Positions 45,401 to 55,908 of a stretch of DNA of 64,000 bases are shown in pieces. Below the pieces are notes generated by a model. The model did no database searches and was not told where the DNA came from. It saw only the letters and a program-made list of their open reading frames with translations. The translations under genes were made by a program, and so were the position numbers. Within the stretch, counting starts at the first letter, position 1. The number at the start of each line of letters is the position of its first letter. The DNA is from Gelidibacter sp. Its GTDB lineage: Bacteria; Bacteroidota; Bacteroidia; Flavobacteriales; Flavobacteriaceae. The stretch lies in assembly GCA_041391965.1 (NCBI GenBank), contig JAWKMZ010000003.1:68102-132101 (forward strand), read 5' to 3'.

Positions 45401-46830
45401 ATGTAACTTTAACAGATTCTGAGTATTTCTCAAAAGCTATTTTAAACGGTTATATGAGTCATACTAATTTTTCCGATTGGAAACTTGGCTTGGATATTAC
45501 AACCGATAGACTTTTGGTTTTAAACACCAAAGACTCCGAAGAGTCGTTATATTACGGAACAGCATTTATGAGCGGAAAAGCCAGTATTTATGGACCAACT
45601 GACGAATTGGTTATTAAAGTAGATGGAAGCACAGCACAAGGAACCGTTTTTAAAATTCCGCTAAATGATGTCGAAAGTTTTGGTGACAACTCATACATCC
45701 ATTTTTTGACACCTGAAGAAAAACAAGCACGACTTAAAGGAGAAACCATCACTGAAACTGAAGTTAAAGGACTCAAACTTAAGTTTGATTTGAACGTTGA
45801 TCAAAATGCAGACATAGAAATTGTAATTGACCGAAAATCAGGAAGCACCATTGAAGGTCGTGGCGAAGGAATTTTGCAGTTTGATATTGATACCAACGGA
45901 AAATTTAATATGTATGGCGACTTTACAGTATTTAAAGGAACTTATAATTTTGCCTATGGTGGTTTGATAGAAAAGCAACTTTCAGTAGAACCAGGTGGAA
46001 GTATCCGTTGGGATGGAGATCCACTCAAAGCCCAAATCAATTTAAAAGCCATCTATAAAACAGAGGCAAACCCATCTGTTTTATTAGATAACCCAATTAA
46101 TAGAAGTATTGATGTCAATGTAGAAATTAACCTGACAGGACAGTTAGAACAACCTGATCCAGATTTTAGCTTTACTTTTCCAGGAGTAAGTTCTACCATA
46201 AAATCAGAGTTAGAATATCGATTAGAAACAAAAGAAAGCAGAGCTAACCAAGCCTTGTTTTTGTTAGCAACGGGTTCATTTGCCAGTGATTTAAGTTTGG
46301 GACAACAAGCCTACGGAACCATTGCTGATAGAGTTAATAATTTGTTTAATAATTTGCTATCAAGTGATGACGACAAGTTAAAACTTGGCTTAAATTATGA
46401 AGCAGGAGAAGAAACCACAGATTATAAAACCGACAGCAGATTAGGGTTGACATTAAGCACAAAAATTAGTGATCGTGTACTATTTAATGGTAAAGTAGGT
46501 GTGCCAATTGGAGGCGTTAATGAAACCGTTATAGCTGGTGATGCAGAAATTGAATTATTATTAAATGATGACGGAACACTTTCGGCTAAATTTTTTAACA
46601 GAGAAAATAGCATTCGTAATTTTGGTGAAGAAATTGGCTACACACAAGGTGTTGGTTTGTCATATAATGTAGAATTTGATACCTTTAAAGAATTGCTACA
46701 AATCATCTTTTCTGGAAAAAATAAGAAAACCAAAGAAAACAAGAAGAAACCTAAAGAAGCAAAAAAGGATGAAAATCCACTTCCAGATTATATAAATATG
46801 AAATCAGAATCTGATAAAAAAGGAAATTAA
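42421..46830 (+). CDS. tamB: Translocation and assembly module protein TamB-like (very large envelope-spanning protein)
   Basis: 1,469 aa. N-terminal TM anchor, long beta-rich body, C-terminal DUF490-like region, Lys-rich tail. Divergent from tsaD. Start is TTG 42421; the frame is open back to 42370 without ATG/GTG. Confidence 0.7.
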   Translation: MLLFIILVLVLSIPAVQTYLGKKATKRINDDFGTHIYIGKVGLQFNGDVELKNIYIEDYKKDTLIGIDELNTSILNFKNLVNSKLAFGDIDIEGLTFNIRTYKGADETNLDVFVAKFDEDNPRKHKSDFLLSSSDVSIYGGTFRMIDDNKETPKIIEFSKLNLNATNFLIDGSDVSARINTFAFKDSRGLEVKNMVTNFEYTLDHMSFKDLSLKTPNSILKGEVTFKYKREDLKQFTDKVEVVANFKDSDVLLDELNTFYNEFGVNQHAKLSVHLTGTLNNLQANNLKLNTNGQTKIYGDINFKNLFNTKENNFSMQGNFDNLSSNYFELKALLPNVLGESIPSIFSKLGSFKINGTTYITATTIDANLKINTELGHIDSNLSMQRIDDIDNASYKGNVVFDSFDIGQLLNDPMVKETSFNVDVDGKGFTLKNLKTNVQGQVFSINYNNYNYQDITISGKLGNNVFNGLLVSNDQNFKFKFNGLADMSKDIKTMDFTADVAYANLRALNFIKKDSISVFKGNVTMSMKGKGIDDAFGTLNFKNTTYINQNDEYYFEDFDITSKFDGKKRVIEVNSPDIIEGTVSGIFKFEDIGKLVENSVGSIYTNYVPHKIETNQYLDFNFTIYNKIVEVFYHKLELGANTFVKGRIESDESGFNLTFKSPKIKLFNYFANDIQVKIDNSNPLFNTYVQIDSLNTKYYNVSKFNLINVTVRDTLFIKSEFNGGKANKDNFNLSLFYTIDKNNKSVIGFKKSDITFKDNTWTINEDKNRLNKVAFDRDFKEFDISNLLMSHAEEEIELSGTVRDSTYKDIKLNFKDVDLTKITPTLDSMTFAGTVNGKLDILQQNGIYLPNSKVTIANFKFNEHHLGNLKADVVGNESLTNYKVDLLLQNDNLKSLDAKGTIDVSNANSYIDLDIAFDEFLLNPLNVFGKDVITNIRGYTSGNVKVTGSLKKPNINGDLILNNAGLTIPYLNVDYAFDFDSEVKLQDQKFIFNDVTLTDSEYFSKAILNGYMSHTNFSDWKLGLDITTDRLLVLNTKDSEESLYYGTAFMSGKASIYGPTDELVIKVDGSTAQGTVFKIPLNDVESFGDNSYIHFLTPEEKQARLKGETITETEVKGLKLKFDLNVDQNADIEIVIDRKSGSTIEGRGEGILQFDIDTNGKFNMYGDFTVFKGTYNFAYGGLIEKQLSVEPGGSIRWDGDPLKAQINLKAIYKTEANPSVLLDNPINRSIDVNVEINLTGQLEQPDPDFSFTFPGVSSTIKSELEYRLETKESRANQALFLLATGSFASDLSLGQQAYGTIADRVNNLFNNLLSSDDDKLKLGLNYEAGEETTDYKTDSRLGLTLSTKISDRVLFNGKVGVPIGGVNETVIAGDAEIELLLNDDGTLSAKFFNRENSIRNFGEEIGYTQGVGLSYNVEFDTFKELLQIIFSGKNKKTKENKKKPKEAKKDENPLPDYINMKSESDKKGN

Positions 46831-46966
46831 ACAAACTGTTTTTTATCAATTTAAATCTTTTTTATTAACGAAAACGTTTGAGTTTTTACACACTTGTAAA
46901 ATTATCTTAAATACTATACCATTTATAATTTTAGTTTATTAGTTTTACTTACTAATCAAAATTTGA

Positions 46967-47953
46967 ATGGCAAAAAACATAAAAAAAATTGGAGTAATGA
47001 CCTCAGGAGGTGACGCTCCAGGAATGAACGCAGCCATCCGCTCAGTTGTTAGAACTTGTGCTTACCATCAAATAGAATGCGTTGGTATATATCGTGGTTA
47101 TGAAGGGATGATGGAAGGCGATTTTAAAGAAATGAATGCACGAAGTGTTAAAGGCATTATCAATAAAGGAGGAACTGTTTTAAAGTCGGCTCGCTCAAAA
47201 GAATTCAAAACACCAGAAGGTCGAAAAATTGCACATCAAAAATTGATGGAAGCCCAAATTGATGCGTTGGTAGTTATTGGAGGCGATGGGACTTTTAATG
47301 GTGGTTTAGTGTTTAATAAAGAATATGATTTTCCAGTTATTGGCATTCCAGGGACAATAGATAATGATATTTATGGAACTACAAATACACTTGGCTATGA
47401 TACTGCTTTAAATACTGTTGTAGAGTGTATTGATAAAATTAGAGATACCGCAAGTTCTCACAATCGTTTGTTTTTTGTTGAAGTAATGGGACGTGATGTT
47501 GGCCACATAGCCTTAAACGCTGGTGTCGGAGCAGGAGCCGAAGAAATTCTAATCCCTGAAGAAGACTTAGGTTTAGACCGCCTTTTAGACTCTTTAAGAC
47601 GCAGTAAACAATCTGGTAAGTCATCAAGTATTGTAGTGGTTGCAGAAGGCGATAAAATTGGTAAAAACGTCTTTGAATTAAAAGATTATGTAGAGGCCAA
47701 TATGACTGAATACGAAGTAAGAGTGTCTGTTTTAGGCCATATGCAAAGAGGAGGATCCCCTTCGTGTTTTGACCGAGTTTTAGCTTCAAGAATGGGTGTA
47801 AAAGCGGTTGAAAGTTTATTAGAAGGTAAAACTAACTATATGGTTGGGCTAATCAACGATGAAATGGCATTGACACCTTTAGAACAAGCTGTAAAAGGAA
47901 AATCAAAAATAAATTTAGAATTATTGCGAGTGTCAGATATAATGACAACTTAA
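46967..47953 (+). CDS. pfkA: ATP-dependent 6-phosphofructokinase
   Basis: 328 aa. GVMTSGGDAPGMNAAIR, GGDGT, PGTIDNDI, MGR and GHMQRGG motifs. Confidence 0.9.
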   Translation: MAKNIKKIGVMTSGGDAPGMNAAIRSVVRTCAYHQIECVGIYRGYEGMMEGDFKEMNARSVKGIINKGGTVLKSARSKEFKTPEGRKIAHQKLMEAQIDALVVIGGDGTFNGGLVFNKEYDFPVIGIPGTIDNDIYGTTNTLGYDTALNTVVECIDKIRDTASSHNRLFFVEVMGRDVGHIALNAGVGAGAEEILIPEEDLGLDRLLDSLRRSKQSGKSSSIVVVAEGDKIGKNVFELKDYVEANMTEYEVRVSVLGHMQRGGSPSCFDRVLASRMGVKAVESLLEGKTNYMVGLINDEMALTPLEQAVKGKSKINLELLRVSDIMTT

Positions 47954-47996
47954 TTAAGAGCAATTAATTCAAATAGAAACTATTAATAAAACATAA

Positions 47997-49010
<1,014 letters not shown>

Positions 49011-49072
49011 TCCTAAATATTTTTCTATATTAACATAAAAGATATATTTTCGGATTTTTTGCATCTAAATTT

Positions 49073-49933
49073 ATGATATTAATTGTTGATAGTGGTTCTA
49101 CCAAAGCAGATTGGATTTCTGTAGATACGAATGGGAAGCAACTTTTTGAAAAAATTAGGACTAAAGGTCTAAATCCTGCCATCTTAAAAGAGAAAAAGCT
49201 CAAAAAAACAATTAGAAAAAGTGATGTATTGATGACGCATAGGCACGATGTGTCACATGTCTTTTTTTATGGAGCAGGTTGCGGAACAGAAAACCCTCGA
49301 TTGTTGCTAAAAGGTATTTTGGAAGATATTTTTAATAACGCCGAAGTTGAAGTCCACGAAGATACCATGGCAGCTGTTAGAGCAACACTCAACCATGATA
49401 ATGAAGCTGCTGTTGTTTGTATTTTAGGAACAGGGTCTAATTGTAGTTATTTTGATGGAGCGTTATTACACCAACGTGTAAAATCTTTGGGCTATACACT
49501 TATGGATGATGCCTCTGGAAATTATTATGGCAAACAATTAATTAGAGACTACTATTTTAATCACATGCCAGAATCTATTAAAGTAGCATTTGCAGATAAA
49601 TATAATTTAGATGCCGACTATATAAAATACAACTTATACAAACAACCTAACCCAAATGCTTATTTAGCAAGTTTTGCTGAATTTATGTTTTTAAATAACG
49701 ATTCAGAATATATCCAAAATTTAATTAAAGAAGGTGTCAAACGCTTTGCAAAAAATATGATTCTTCAATTTAAAACTGAAATTGAACAAGTACCAGTCCA
49801 TTTTGCAGGTTCTATCGCATTTTTTGCACAAAACGAAATTAAAGCAGTAGCTAAAGAACTGAACTTTGAAGTTGGTAATATTGTTAGACGACCTATTGAA
49901 GGATTAGTAACCTATCATACTAAATATCTATAA
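49073..49933 (+). CDS. BadF/BadG/BcrA/BcrD-type ATPase (N-acetylglucosamine-kinase-like sugar kinase)
   Basis: 286 aa. ASKHA-fold phosphate-1 motif LIVDSGSTKADW and ILGTGSN. Confidence 0.7.
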   Translation: MILIVDSGSTKADWISVDTNGKQLFEKIRTKGLNPAILKEKKLKKTIRKSDVLMTHRHDVSHVFFYGAGCGTENPRLLLKGILEDIFNNAEVEVHEDTMAAVRATLNHDNEAAVVCILGTGSNCSYFDGALLHQRVKSLGYTLMDDASGNYYGKQLIRDYYFNHMPESIKVAFADKYNLDADYIKYNLYKQPNPNAYLASFAEFMFLNNDSEYIQNLIKEGVKRFAKNMILQFKTEIEQVPVHFAGSIAFFAQNEIKAVAKELNFEVGNIVRRPIEGLVTYHTKYL

Positions 49934-50295
49934 TGGAAATAGCAATCATAGCACATGATGGGAAAAAACCTGAAATGGTTCAATTTATTAATGAACATAA
50001 AGCCATTTTTCATCAAAAACAAATAACCTTAGTTTCTACTGGTACTACAGGCGAAAAAGTATTAAAAGCAGGATTTGAAGTTACCTGCTTGCTCTCTGGA
50101 CCACTTGGAGGTGATGCGCAAATTGCAGCACGTGTAGCAGAAGGAAAGTGCCACATGGTTTTATTTTTTAGAGATCCATTAGAAAAACATCCGCATGAAC
50201 CTGATGTTTTAATGTTAATGCGTTTATGTGACGTTCATAATGTACCATTAGCAACCAATCCTGCAACTGCTGAGTTATTGTTGCGAGGATTGTAA
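49933..50295 (+). CDS. mgsA: Methylglyoxal synthase
   Basis: 120 aa. IAIIAHDGKK, TGTTG and GPLGGD motifs. ATG overlaps the upstream stop (TAATG). Confidence 0.9.
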   Translation: MEIAIIAHDGKKPEMVQFINEHKAIFHQKQITLVSTGTTGEKVLKAGFEVTCLLSGPLGGDAQIAARVAEGKCHMVLFFRDPLEKHPHEPDVLMLMRLCDVHNVPLATNPATAELLLRGL

Positions 50296-50514
50296 AAATT
50301 AAAAATATTCTTTTAATTAATTTGAATCCTTACATAAAACCATAATTTGGTTTAATAGAATTACACACTAATATTAGTGAACAAATTCCAGAAATGATTG
50401 CCGTTGGAGTTTTAGGAAAGAGGACAGACAGCTTGCAAACCTTACATTAAAGGGTGTTGATAGTGGCAATTAGATAAATTGTTAGAAACAAAAAAAAAGA
50501 TTGATAACGTATAA

Positions 50515-50895
50515 TTATTTTACAGCAATGAGGCTTATTTCAACGTTTACATCTTTTGGCAAACGAGCAACTTGAACGGTTTCTCGAGCAGGTGCTGTAT
50601 CATTATTAAAATAGCTTCCATAAACCTCATTAATTTGTGCAAAATTATCCATATTGCTAATAAAAATGGACACTTTTATCACGTTTTCAAAAACCATATT
50701 GGCAGCTTCTAAAACAGCTTTTAGGTTTTCCATAACTTGCTTGGTTTCTGTTTTAATATCATCTAAAACCAATGTCATCGTTTCTGGGTTTAATGCAATT
50801 TGACCTGAAGTATATAACATATTTCCTGATAAAACAGCTTGACTATAAGGTCCAATAGGTGCAGGAGCATTTGATGTATTAATAATGGTTTTCAT
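50515..50895 (-). CDS. ridA: RidA/YjgF-family reactive-intermediate (enamine/imine) deaminase
   Basis: Start moved to MKTIINTSNAPAPIGPYSQAV (ATG 50895), giving the usual 126 aa; the longer ORF-track version overlaps the upstream gene. C-terminal PARETVQVARLPKDVNVEI block. Confidence 0.85.
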   Translation of the reverse strand: MKTIINTSNAPAPIGPYSQAVLSGNMLYTSGQIALNPETMTLVLDDIKTETKQVMENLKAVLEAANMVFENVIKVSIFISNMDNFAQINEVYGSYFNNDTAPARETVQVARLPKDVNVEISLIAVK

Positions 50896-50906
50896 AATTA
50901 TGAGTA

Positions 50907-53663
50907 TTATAATTGCTGATCGGGTTGTTTTTGTTTGTCGTATTTGATGTCTTTTAATAAGCTCGATTTGATGCCAATAAAGAAATTCCAAGAACTTCTG
51001 GTACTAAACGGAATCCAACTAAAGTTAAGTCGCCAACTTAACAAATCACGCTCAAACCTAAATTGTGTATAAGTAAAACCTTTGTTTTTAAAATCATAAC
51101 CTGAAGAAGCGCCTACTGTCCACCTTGGCGATAAATCGATATCGCCAGAAAACATCAAAGAATTGGATGATATTTCATTTTCTCTTGCATTATTGGTATA
51201 GTTAATAGCATAGGCTAAACGCAAACTCCAATCAATTTTGTAATTGTACAATTCGGTTGGTTTTTTGTCTTTATCATCTTTATCATTGTCAGATAAACGT
51301 TTGTCGGCAAAATCTTCTGGCTTTCCAAACAGGTCATCAGCACGTCCACCACTACGTAACGATTCTTTTTCTGCAGCGCTATCTGGAGCACTTTTACCAG
51401 AAAATGTTTTGCTTGTCAAGGTATAACCCATATTAATGTTGGCCGAAGTTAAACGGAATAAACTACCACCATTATCAATATTGAATTTGTCTATTTTGCG
51501 GTTGTTGTTGTCTAAAGCATAAGGGTCTAATGTAGCTCCAAAATTAATGCTCATTTTGCTGTCAAACAATTGCGTACCTCCTGAGACTTTGAGTGGGCTC
51601 CATTGCAAAGAATCGCCTGCAAAATTATACGAAGTAGAAAAATTTAGATTGTTTAAAAGCACTACTTTTTTTGGTTCGGTTTTGGTTGAGTCTTTGTCAC
51701 GTACTTTGGCTTCAAAATTGTTACCAAGTGAAAACCCCATAGAACTCGAAAAGTTTTTGTTTGGAGCACCATAAATAGATTGTTCAAATCGGCTGTATTC
51801 TTGACGTGTCAAGTCGCCATCAGCAGTAATTATATCAAAACTGTCGTAATAATTGTCAAAAGCTGGATTGATATTGTAGCTAATTGAAGGACGCATCACA
51901 TGTCGAATGGCTTGTATTTTTGGGTCTTTTCCTTCTTTTTTAAAGTTAAACAACCCGTAGATAGTGGTTCCAATACTTGTGCTAAAATTATAAGTTCTAA
52001 AAGCATCAAACCCTTTAATATTTTGTATTACAATTTCTTGATTGATATTGTCATATGATTTTTTAATGGTATTAAACGTCCAGCTTTCTTCAAAATTAGT
52101 ACTAGCACTCATACTAAAATATTTAAAGACTTTAAAGTTGGTTGTGAGTGGAATGCTATGCTGAAATCCCATTTTAGCATCATCAAACATTTCCTTTTTA
52201 AAGAATAAGGAATCGGTTGTATGAATTCTGTTTTCTGCTCTTACATTGTATTGAAAGTTGATGTTTTGCAGAGCTCCTTTTTTTGTGCCTTCTTTTGGTG
52301 CAAAAGGGTAGACACGACTTACACTGGCTTGAAAGGTTGGCAAAGTCATATCAATATTTTGTGTACGTGTATTTTGCGAGTGGGTTGCAGTAACACTCAT
52401 ATTTACTTGTGGTTCGCCTTGAAATGTTTTTGAGTATGATACAGAAGACGATAAGGTGTTATTCAAAAAATTTGAAGCATTCAACTGATTGACCGATTGT
52501 TGATAGTATTTGCTACTTCCTAAATTGACAGAAGCCGAAAACCGAGAACTCGGATTAGATTTAGCATCTTGGTTATGCGACCATCTAATGTTGTAAATAG
52601 ACGATTTAGTATAATCAGGAAAACCACGTTCACTGGTAATCAAGTTTTCAAACCTAAAACTGAGGTTGCCTCTAAATTTATAGCGTAACGCGTAGTTGCT
52701 TTCTACGCGCAATCCATAACTGCCATTGGTGTAATAATCGCCTAAAACAGCCAAATCAGCATAATCACTTATGGCAAAATAATAACCACCATTTTGCAAA
52801 AAGTAACCTCTGCTATTTTGCTCACCAAACGATGGAAATATGACACCAGACGTTTGTTTTTGGGTTAATGGAAAATAGGCAAAAGGCAAACCAATTGGTG
52901 TTGGCACATTATAAATAAACATATTAGTTAAGCCTGTAACCACTTTTTTGCCAGGAACAATTTTAGCTTTACGCATTAAAAAGTAATATTCAGGATCGTC
53001 TCTATCTTCAGACGTGGTAAATTTTCCTCTATTAATAAAGTAAACCGAATCATTTTCTTTTTTGGTAATATCGGCAATAATATAACCACCACTTTGTTCT
53101 GTTCTGGAATTATAAATAATCGATTTTTTGGTTTCAGTATTGAAAATGATAGAATCAGGTTCTACCACATTACTTCCTTGTTTAAAAACTGGCGACTGTG
53201 TATAAACACCTGCAGAATCTTTTAGTCGTCCAGCATACACTAAGTTTTTACTATAATCAATGACGATAATACCAGACTTAATATTCATATCTTGGTAAGT
53301 CACTTCTGCTTCGTTATATAAATATATTTTTTGCAAACGTTGGTTCATAAGCCCGTATTCTTTTGCTGTATAAGTCACTTTATCAGTTAAAAACTCCTTC
53401 TTTTTCGGAATAGAATCGGAAGCAATAGAGTCACCTTCTTTAATATTGACAGGTTTAGGTAGTATAGAATCAACTACAACAGTAAGCGTATCACTCTGTG
53501 GTTTTGCAGGAATAGTTGGCTTCGGTTTAGAAACTTCTTGTGCAAAGCTAAAAGTGTTAATAAACACTGTAAAACTTAGAAAAAAAAGTATGTGGAAGCT
53601 TTTTGTATGCAATGCTTTTAAATGTATTTTTGTAAAAGTATGGCTCGGTTTTTGAAAAGCCAA
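50907..53663 (-). CDS. lptD: Large outer-membrane beta-barrel protein, LptD-like (putative LPS-assembly protein)
   Basis: 918 aa. Signal peptide (FFLSFTVFINTFSFAQ), N-terminal OstA-like beta-jellyroll region, long beta-rich C-terminus. Size and position next to the divergent amidase gene fit flavobacterial LptD-like genes as I recall them. No diagnostic motif, hence moderate confidence. Confidence 0.55.
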   Translation of the reverse strand: MAFQKPSHTFTKIHLKALHTKSFHILFFLSFTVFINTFSFAQEVSKPKPTIPAKPQSDTLTVVVDSILPKPVNIKEGDSIASDSIPKKKEFLTDKVTYTAKEYGLMNQRLQKIYLYNEAEVTYQDMNIKSGIIVIDYSKNLVYAGRLKDSAGVYTQSPVFKQGSNVVEPDSIIFNTETKKSIIYNSRTEQSGGYIIADITKKENDSVYFINRGKFTTSEDRDDPEYYFLMRKAKIVPGKKVVTGLTNMFIYNVPTPIGLPFAYFPLTQKQTSGVIFPSFGEQNSRGYFLQNGGYYFAISDYADLAVLGDYYTNGSYGLRVESNYALRYKFRGNLSFRFENLITSERGFPDYTKSSIYNIRWSHNQDAKSNPSSRFSASVNLGSSKYYQQSVNQLNASNFLNNTLSSSVSYSKTFQGEPQVNMSVTATHSQNTRTQNIDMTLPTFQASVSRVYPFAPKEGTKKGALQNINFQYNVRAENRIHTTDSLFFKKEMFDDAKMGFQHSIPLTTNFKVFKYFSMSASTNFEESWTFNTIKKSYDNINQEIVIQNIKGFDAFRTYNFSTSIGTTIYGLFNFKKEGKDPKIQAIRHVMRPSISYNINPAFDNYYDSFDIITADGDLTRQEYSRFEQSIYGAPNKNFSSSMGFSLGNNFEAKVRDKDSTKTEPKKVVLLNNLNFSTSYNFAGDSLQWSPLKVSGGTQLFDSKMSINFGATLDPYALDNNNRKIDKFNIDNGGSLFRLTSANINMGYTLTSKTFSGKSAPDSAAEKESLRSGGRADDLFGKPEDFADKRLSDNDKDDKDKKPTELYNYKIDWSLRLAYAINYTNNARENEISSNSLMFSGDIDLSPRWTVGASSGYDFKNKGFTYTQFRFERDLLSWRLNFSWIPFSTRSSWNFFIGIKSSLLKDIKYDKQKQPDQQL

Positions 53664-53751
53664 AATTACATATATTTTTTTGTGATTAATTTATTATTCA
53701 ATTAAAATTTAAAAATAAAATAAACCGAGTTTTTTATCCGTTTAAACCCTT

Positions 53752-54897
53752 ATGAGAACGCACTTACAATCTATATTCGTATTAATACCATTAATATTTA
53801 CATGTTTTTTAACATCTGCTGGTACACCTCAAAAAAATAAAGACCAATTTGTGGTGGTGCTTGACGCAGGTCATGGTGGTCATGATCCAGGAAATTTAGG
53901 AAATGGCTTTAAAGAAAAAGACATTGCTTTAAAAATTGTTTTAGATATTGGCAAAGCATTAGAACGACATCCAAACATCAAAGTTATTTACACCCGAAAA
54001 ACGGATGTATTTGTCACCTTGAGAGGACGAGCTGCTATAGCCAATAAAGCTGATGCCGATTTATTTGTCTCCATACATTGCAATTCGCACAATTCTGATG
54101 CACATGGTACTGAAACGTTTGTTTTAGGAGTTGCTAATACCCAACGCAATTTTGAAATTGCCAAAAAAGAAAATGAAGTTATTTTCTTAGAATCGGATTA
54201 CAAACAGCATTATGAAGGATTTGACCCAAATTCACCAGAATCAACCATTGGTTTAATGATTCTTCAAGAAGAATATACTGATAACAGTATTAAATTAGCA
54301 CGACTTATTGAAGATAATTTTGCAGAATCTCAAAAACGAAACAGTAGAGGTGTAAAACAAGCAAGTTTGTGGGTTATGCACAATACATATATGCCAAGTG
54401 TATTGGTTGAAGTTGGTTTTTTGACCTATTTACCAGAAGGGAAATTTTTAAATTCTCCAAAAGGACAACATGAAATGGCAAATTCCATCTACAGTTCTAT
54501 TATAAGTTATAAACGAAAATTAGATCAAAATGTAGGTGAAATGGTTTATGATAAAAAAGACACCATCCCAAAAGATAAAGAAGGTATTGAAGATGTTGCT
54601 GCCGTAACTGATACGTCTAAACGTGTTTATGACAACACAGTTTTTAAAGTACAATTAGCGGCAAGCACCAATAAGTTAGAGCCAAAGCCTTATAATTTTA
54701 AAGGACTTAAAGACGTGTCAAGAGAGCAAGAAGGTAAATTCTACAAGTATTTTTATGGTGCTACGTCCGATTATAATAAAATCAAAGAACTTCAAGAAGA
54801 AGCCAAACAAAAAGGCTTTAGCTCCTGTTTTATTGTGGCTTACAAAAACGGAAAACGTACTGACTTAGACGAGGTCCTAAAAAGTCCTGCTAATTAA
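53752..54897 (+). CDS. N-acetylmuramoyl-L-alanine amidase (Amidase_3) with C-terminal SPOR domain
   Basis: 381 aa. VVLDAGHGGHDPGN, FVSIHCNS and ETFV blocks. C-terminal FKVQLAAS...YKYFYGATSDYNKIKELQEEAKQKGF...FIVAYKNGKR is SPOR-like. Confidence 0.85.
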   Translation: MRTHLQSIFVLIPLIFTCFLTSAGTPQKNKDQFVVVLDAGHGGHDPGNLGNGFKEKDIALKIVLDIGKALERHPNIKVIYTRKTDVFVTLRGRAAIANKADADLFVSIHCNSHNSDAHGTETFVLGVANTQRNFEIAKKENEVIFLESDYKQHYEGFDPNSPESTIGLMILQEEYTDNSIKLARLIEDNFAESQKRNSRGVKQASLWVMHNTYMPSVLVEVGFLTYLPEGKFLNSPKGQHEMANSIYSSIISYKRKLDQNVGEMVYDKKDTIPKDKEGIEDVAAVTDTSKRVYDNTVFKVQLAASTNKLEPKPYNFKGLKDVSREQEGKFYKYFYGATSDYNKIKELQEEAKQKGFSSCFIVAYKNGKRTDLDEVLKSPAN

Positions 54898-54951
54898 AAA
54901 CATTCTTAATATATTTATCCCTAATTTTGTGAGTAACTAAATAGTATAACA

Positions 54952-55905
54952 TTGAAAATATCAAGAGAAGTTAAAACCGCAATATTAGTAATAGCAGGCG
55001 TTGTATTACTGGTGTTTTTATTCAATTATTTAAAAGGCACCAACCTTTTTGATTCAACAGATAAATATTATACCGAGTTTGATTATAATGCGCTCAACAA
55101 AGCATCACCTGTAACCATAAAGGGGAACAAAATAGGAAAAATTGAAAGTATTACTTACAATTCTAAATCAAGAAAAACACGTGTCGCTTTTTCTGTTGAT
55201 GACGATTTACAATTTTCAAAAAACAGTATTGTTCGTATGTACGAAACGGGTTTGATGGGCGGAAATGGACTTGCCATAATACCTGCAAATGATACAGATT
55301 ATGCCAAAGATGGCGATATGCTAAAATCTGAAGTAGAATACGGTTTAGTAACAACACTATCAAAAAACTTTTCAGGCATTAGCAACAATCTCGATTCTAC
55401 ATTAAAATCTGCCGATTCCTTAATGACTAATCTAAATAAGCTTGTTAAAGACGATTCTGACAAAGGCTTAAAAAATGCTATAGCAGAGTTAAATACTACT
55501 ATTACTTCGTTTAAAAATGTATCATATTCATTAAATTCACTCATTACAAAAAATGATAAAAAATTAAGTTCTGCAATTACAAGTTTTGATTCTATTTCAA
55601 GTAATTTGGCTGTTATCACTTCAGATTTAAAAGAAGTTAAATTTTCGCAAACCGTTGCTAAACTTGATGAGACCTTAAATTCAGTTAATGCGTTAATGGC
55701 AGATTTAGAAAACGGAAATGGATCTTTAGGCAAATTGTTAAAAGATGAAGGTTTGTATAATAACTTAGAAGGTGCTTCAAAACAATTAAAAGAACTTTTA
55801 CAAGATATGAAACTCAATCCAAAACGTTATGTACACTTTTCACTCTTCGGAAAAAAAGCAAAACAATATGACGCAGAAGGCAATGAGCTAAAAGATAAAA
55901 ATTAA
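54952..55905 (+). CDS. mlaD: MlaD/MCE-family lipid-transport protein
   Basis: 317 aa. TTG start. N-terminal TM anchor (AILVIAGVVLLVFLF), MCE beta-barrel core (SPVTIKGNKIGKIESI), long coiled C-terminal region. Confidence 0.7.
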   Translation: MKISREVKTAILVIAGVVLLVFLFNYLKGTNLFDSTDKYYTEFDYNALNKASPVTIKGNKIGKIESITYNSKSRKTRVAFSVDDDLQFSKNSIVRMYETGLMGGNGLAIIPANDTDYAKDGDMLKSEVEYGLVTTLSKNFSGISNNLDSTLKSADSLMTNLNKLVKDDSDKGLKNAIAELNTTITSFKNVSYSLNSLITKNDKKLSSAITSFDSISSNLAVITSDLKEVKFSQTVAKLDETLNSVNALMADLENGNGSLGKLLKDEGLYNNLEGASKQLKELLQDMKLNPKRYVHFSLFGKKAKQYDAEGNELKDKN

Positions 55906-55908
55906 GCC

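Noticed and set aside
50896-50991. 32-aa N-terminal extension of the RidA ORF overlapping the LptD-like gene
   Set aside because: RidA family proteins are ~125 aa and begin near MKxIxT; the internal Met at 50895 fits this. The extension overlaps the upstream coding sequence.
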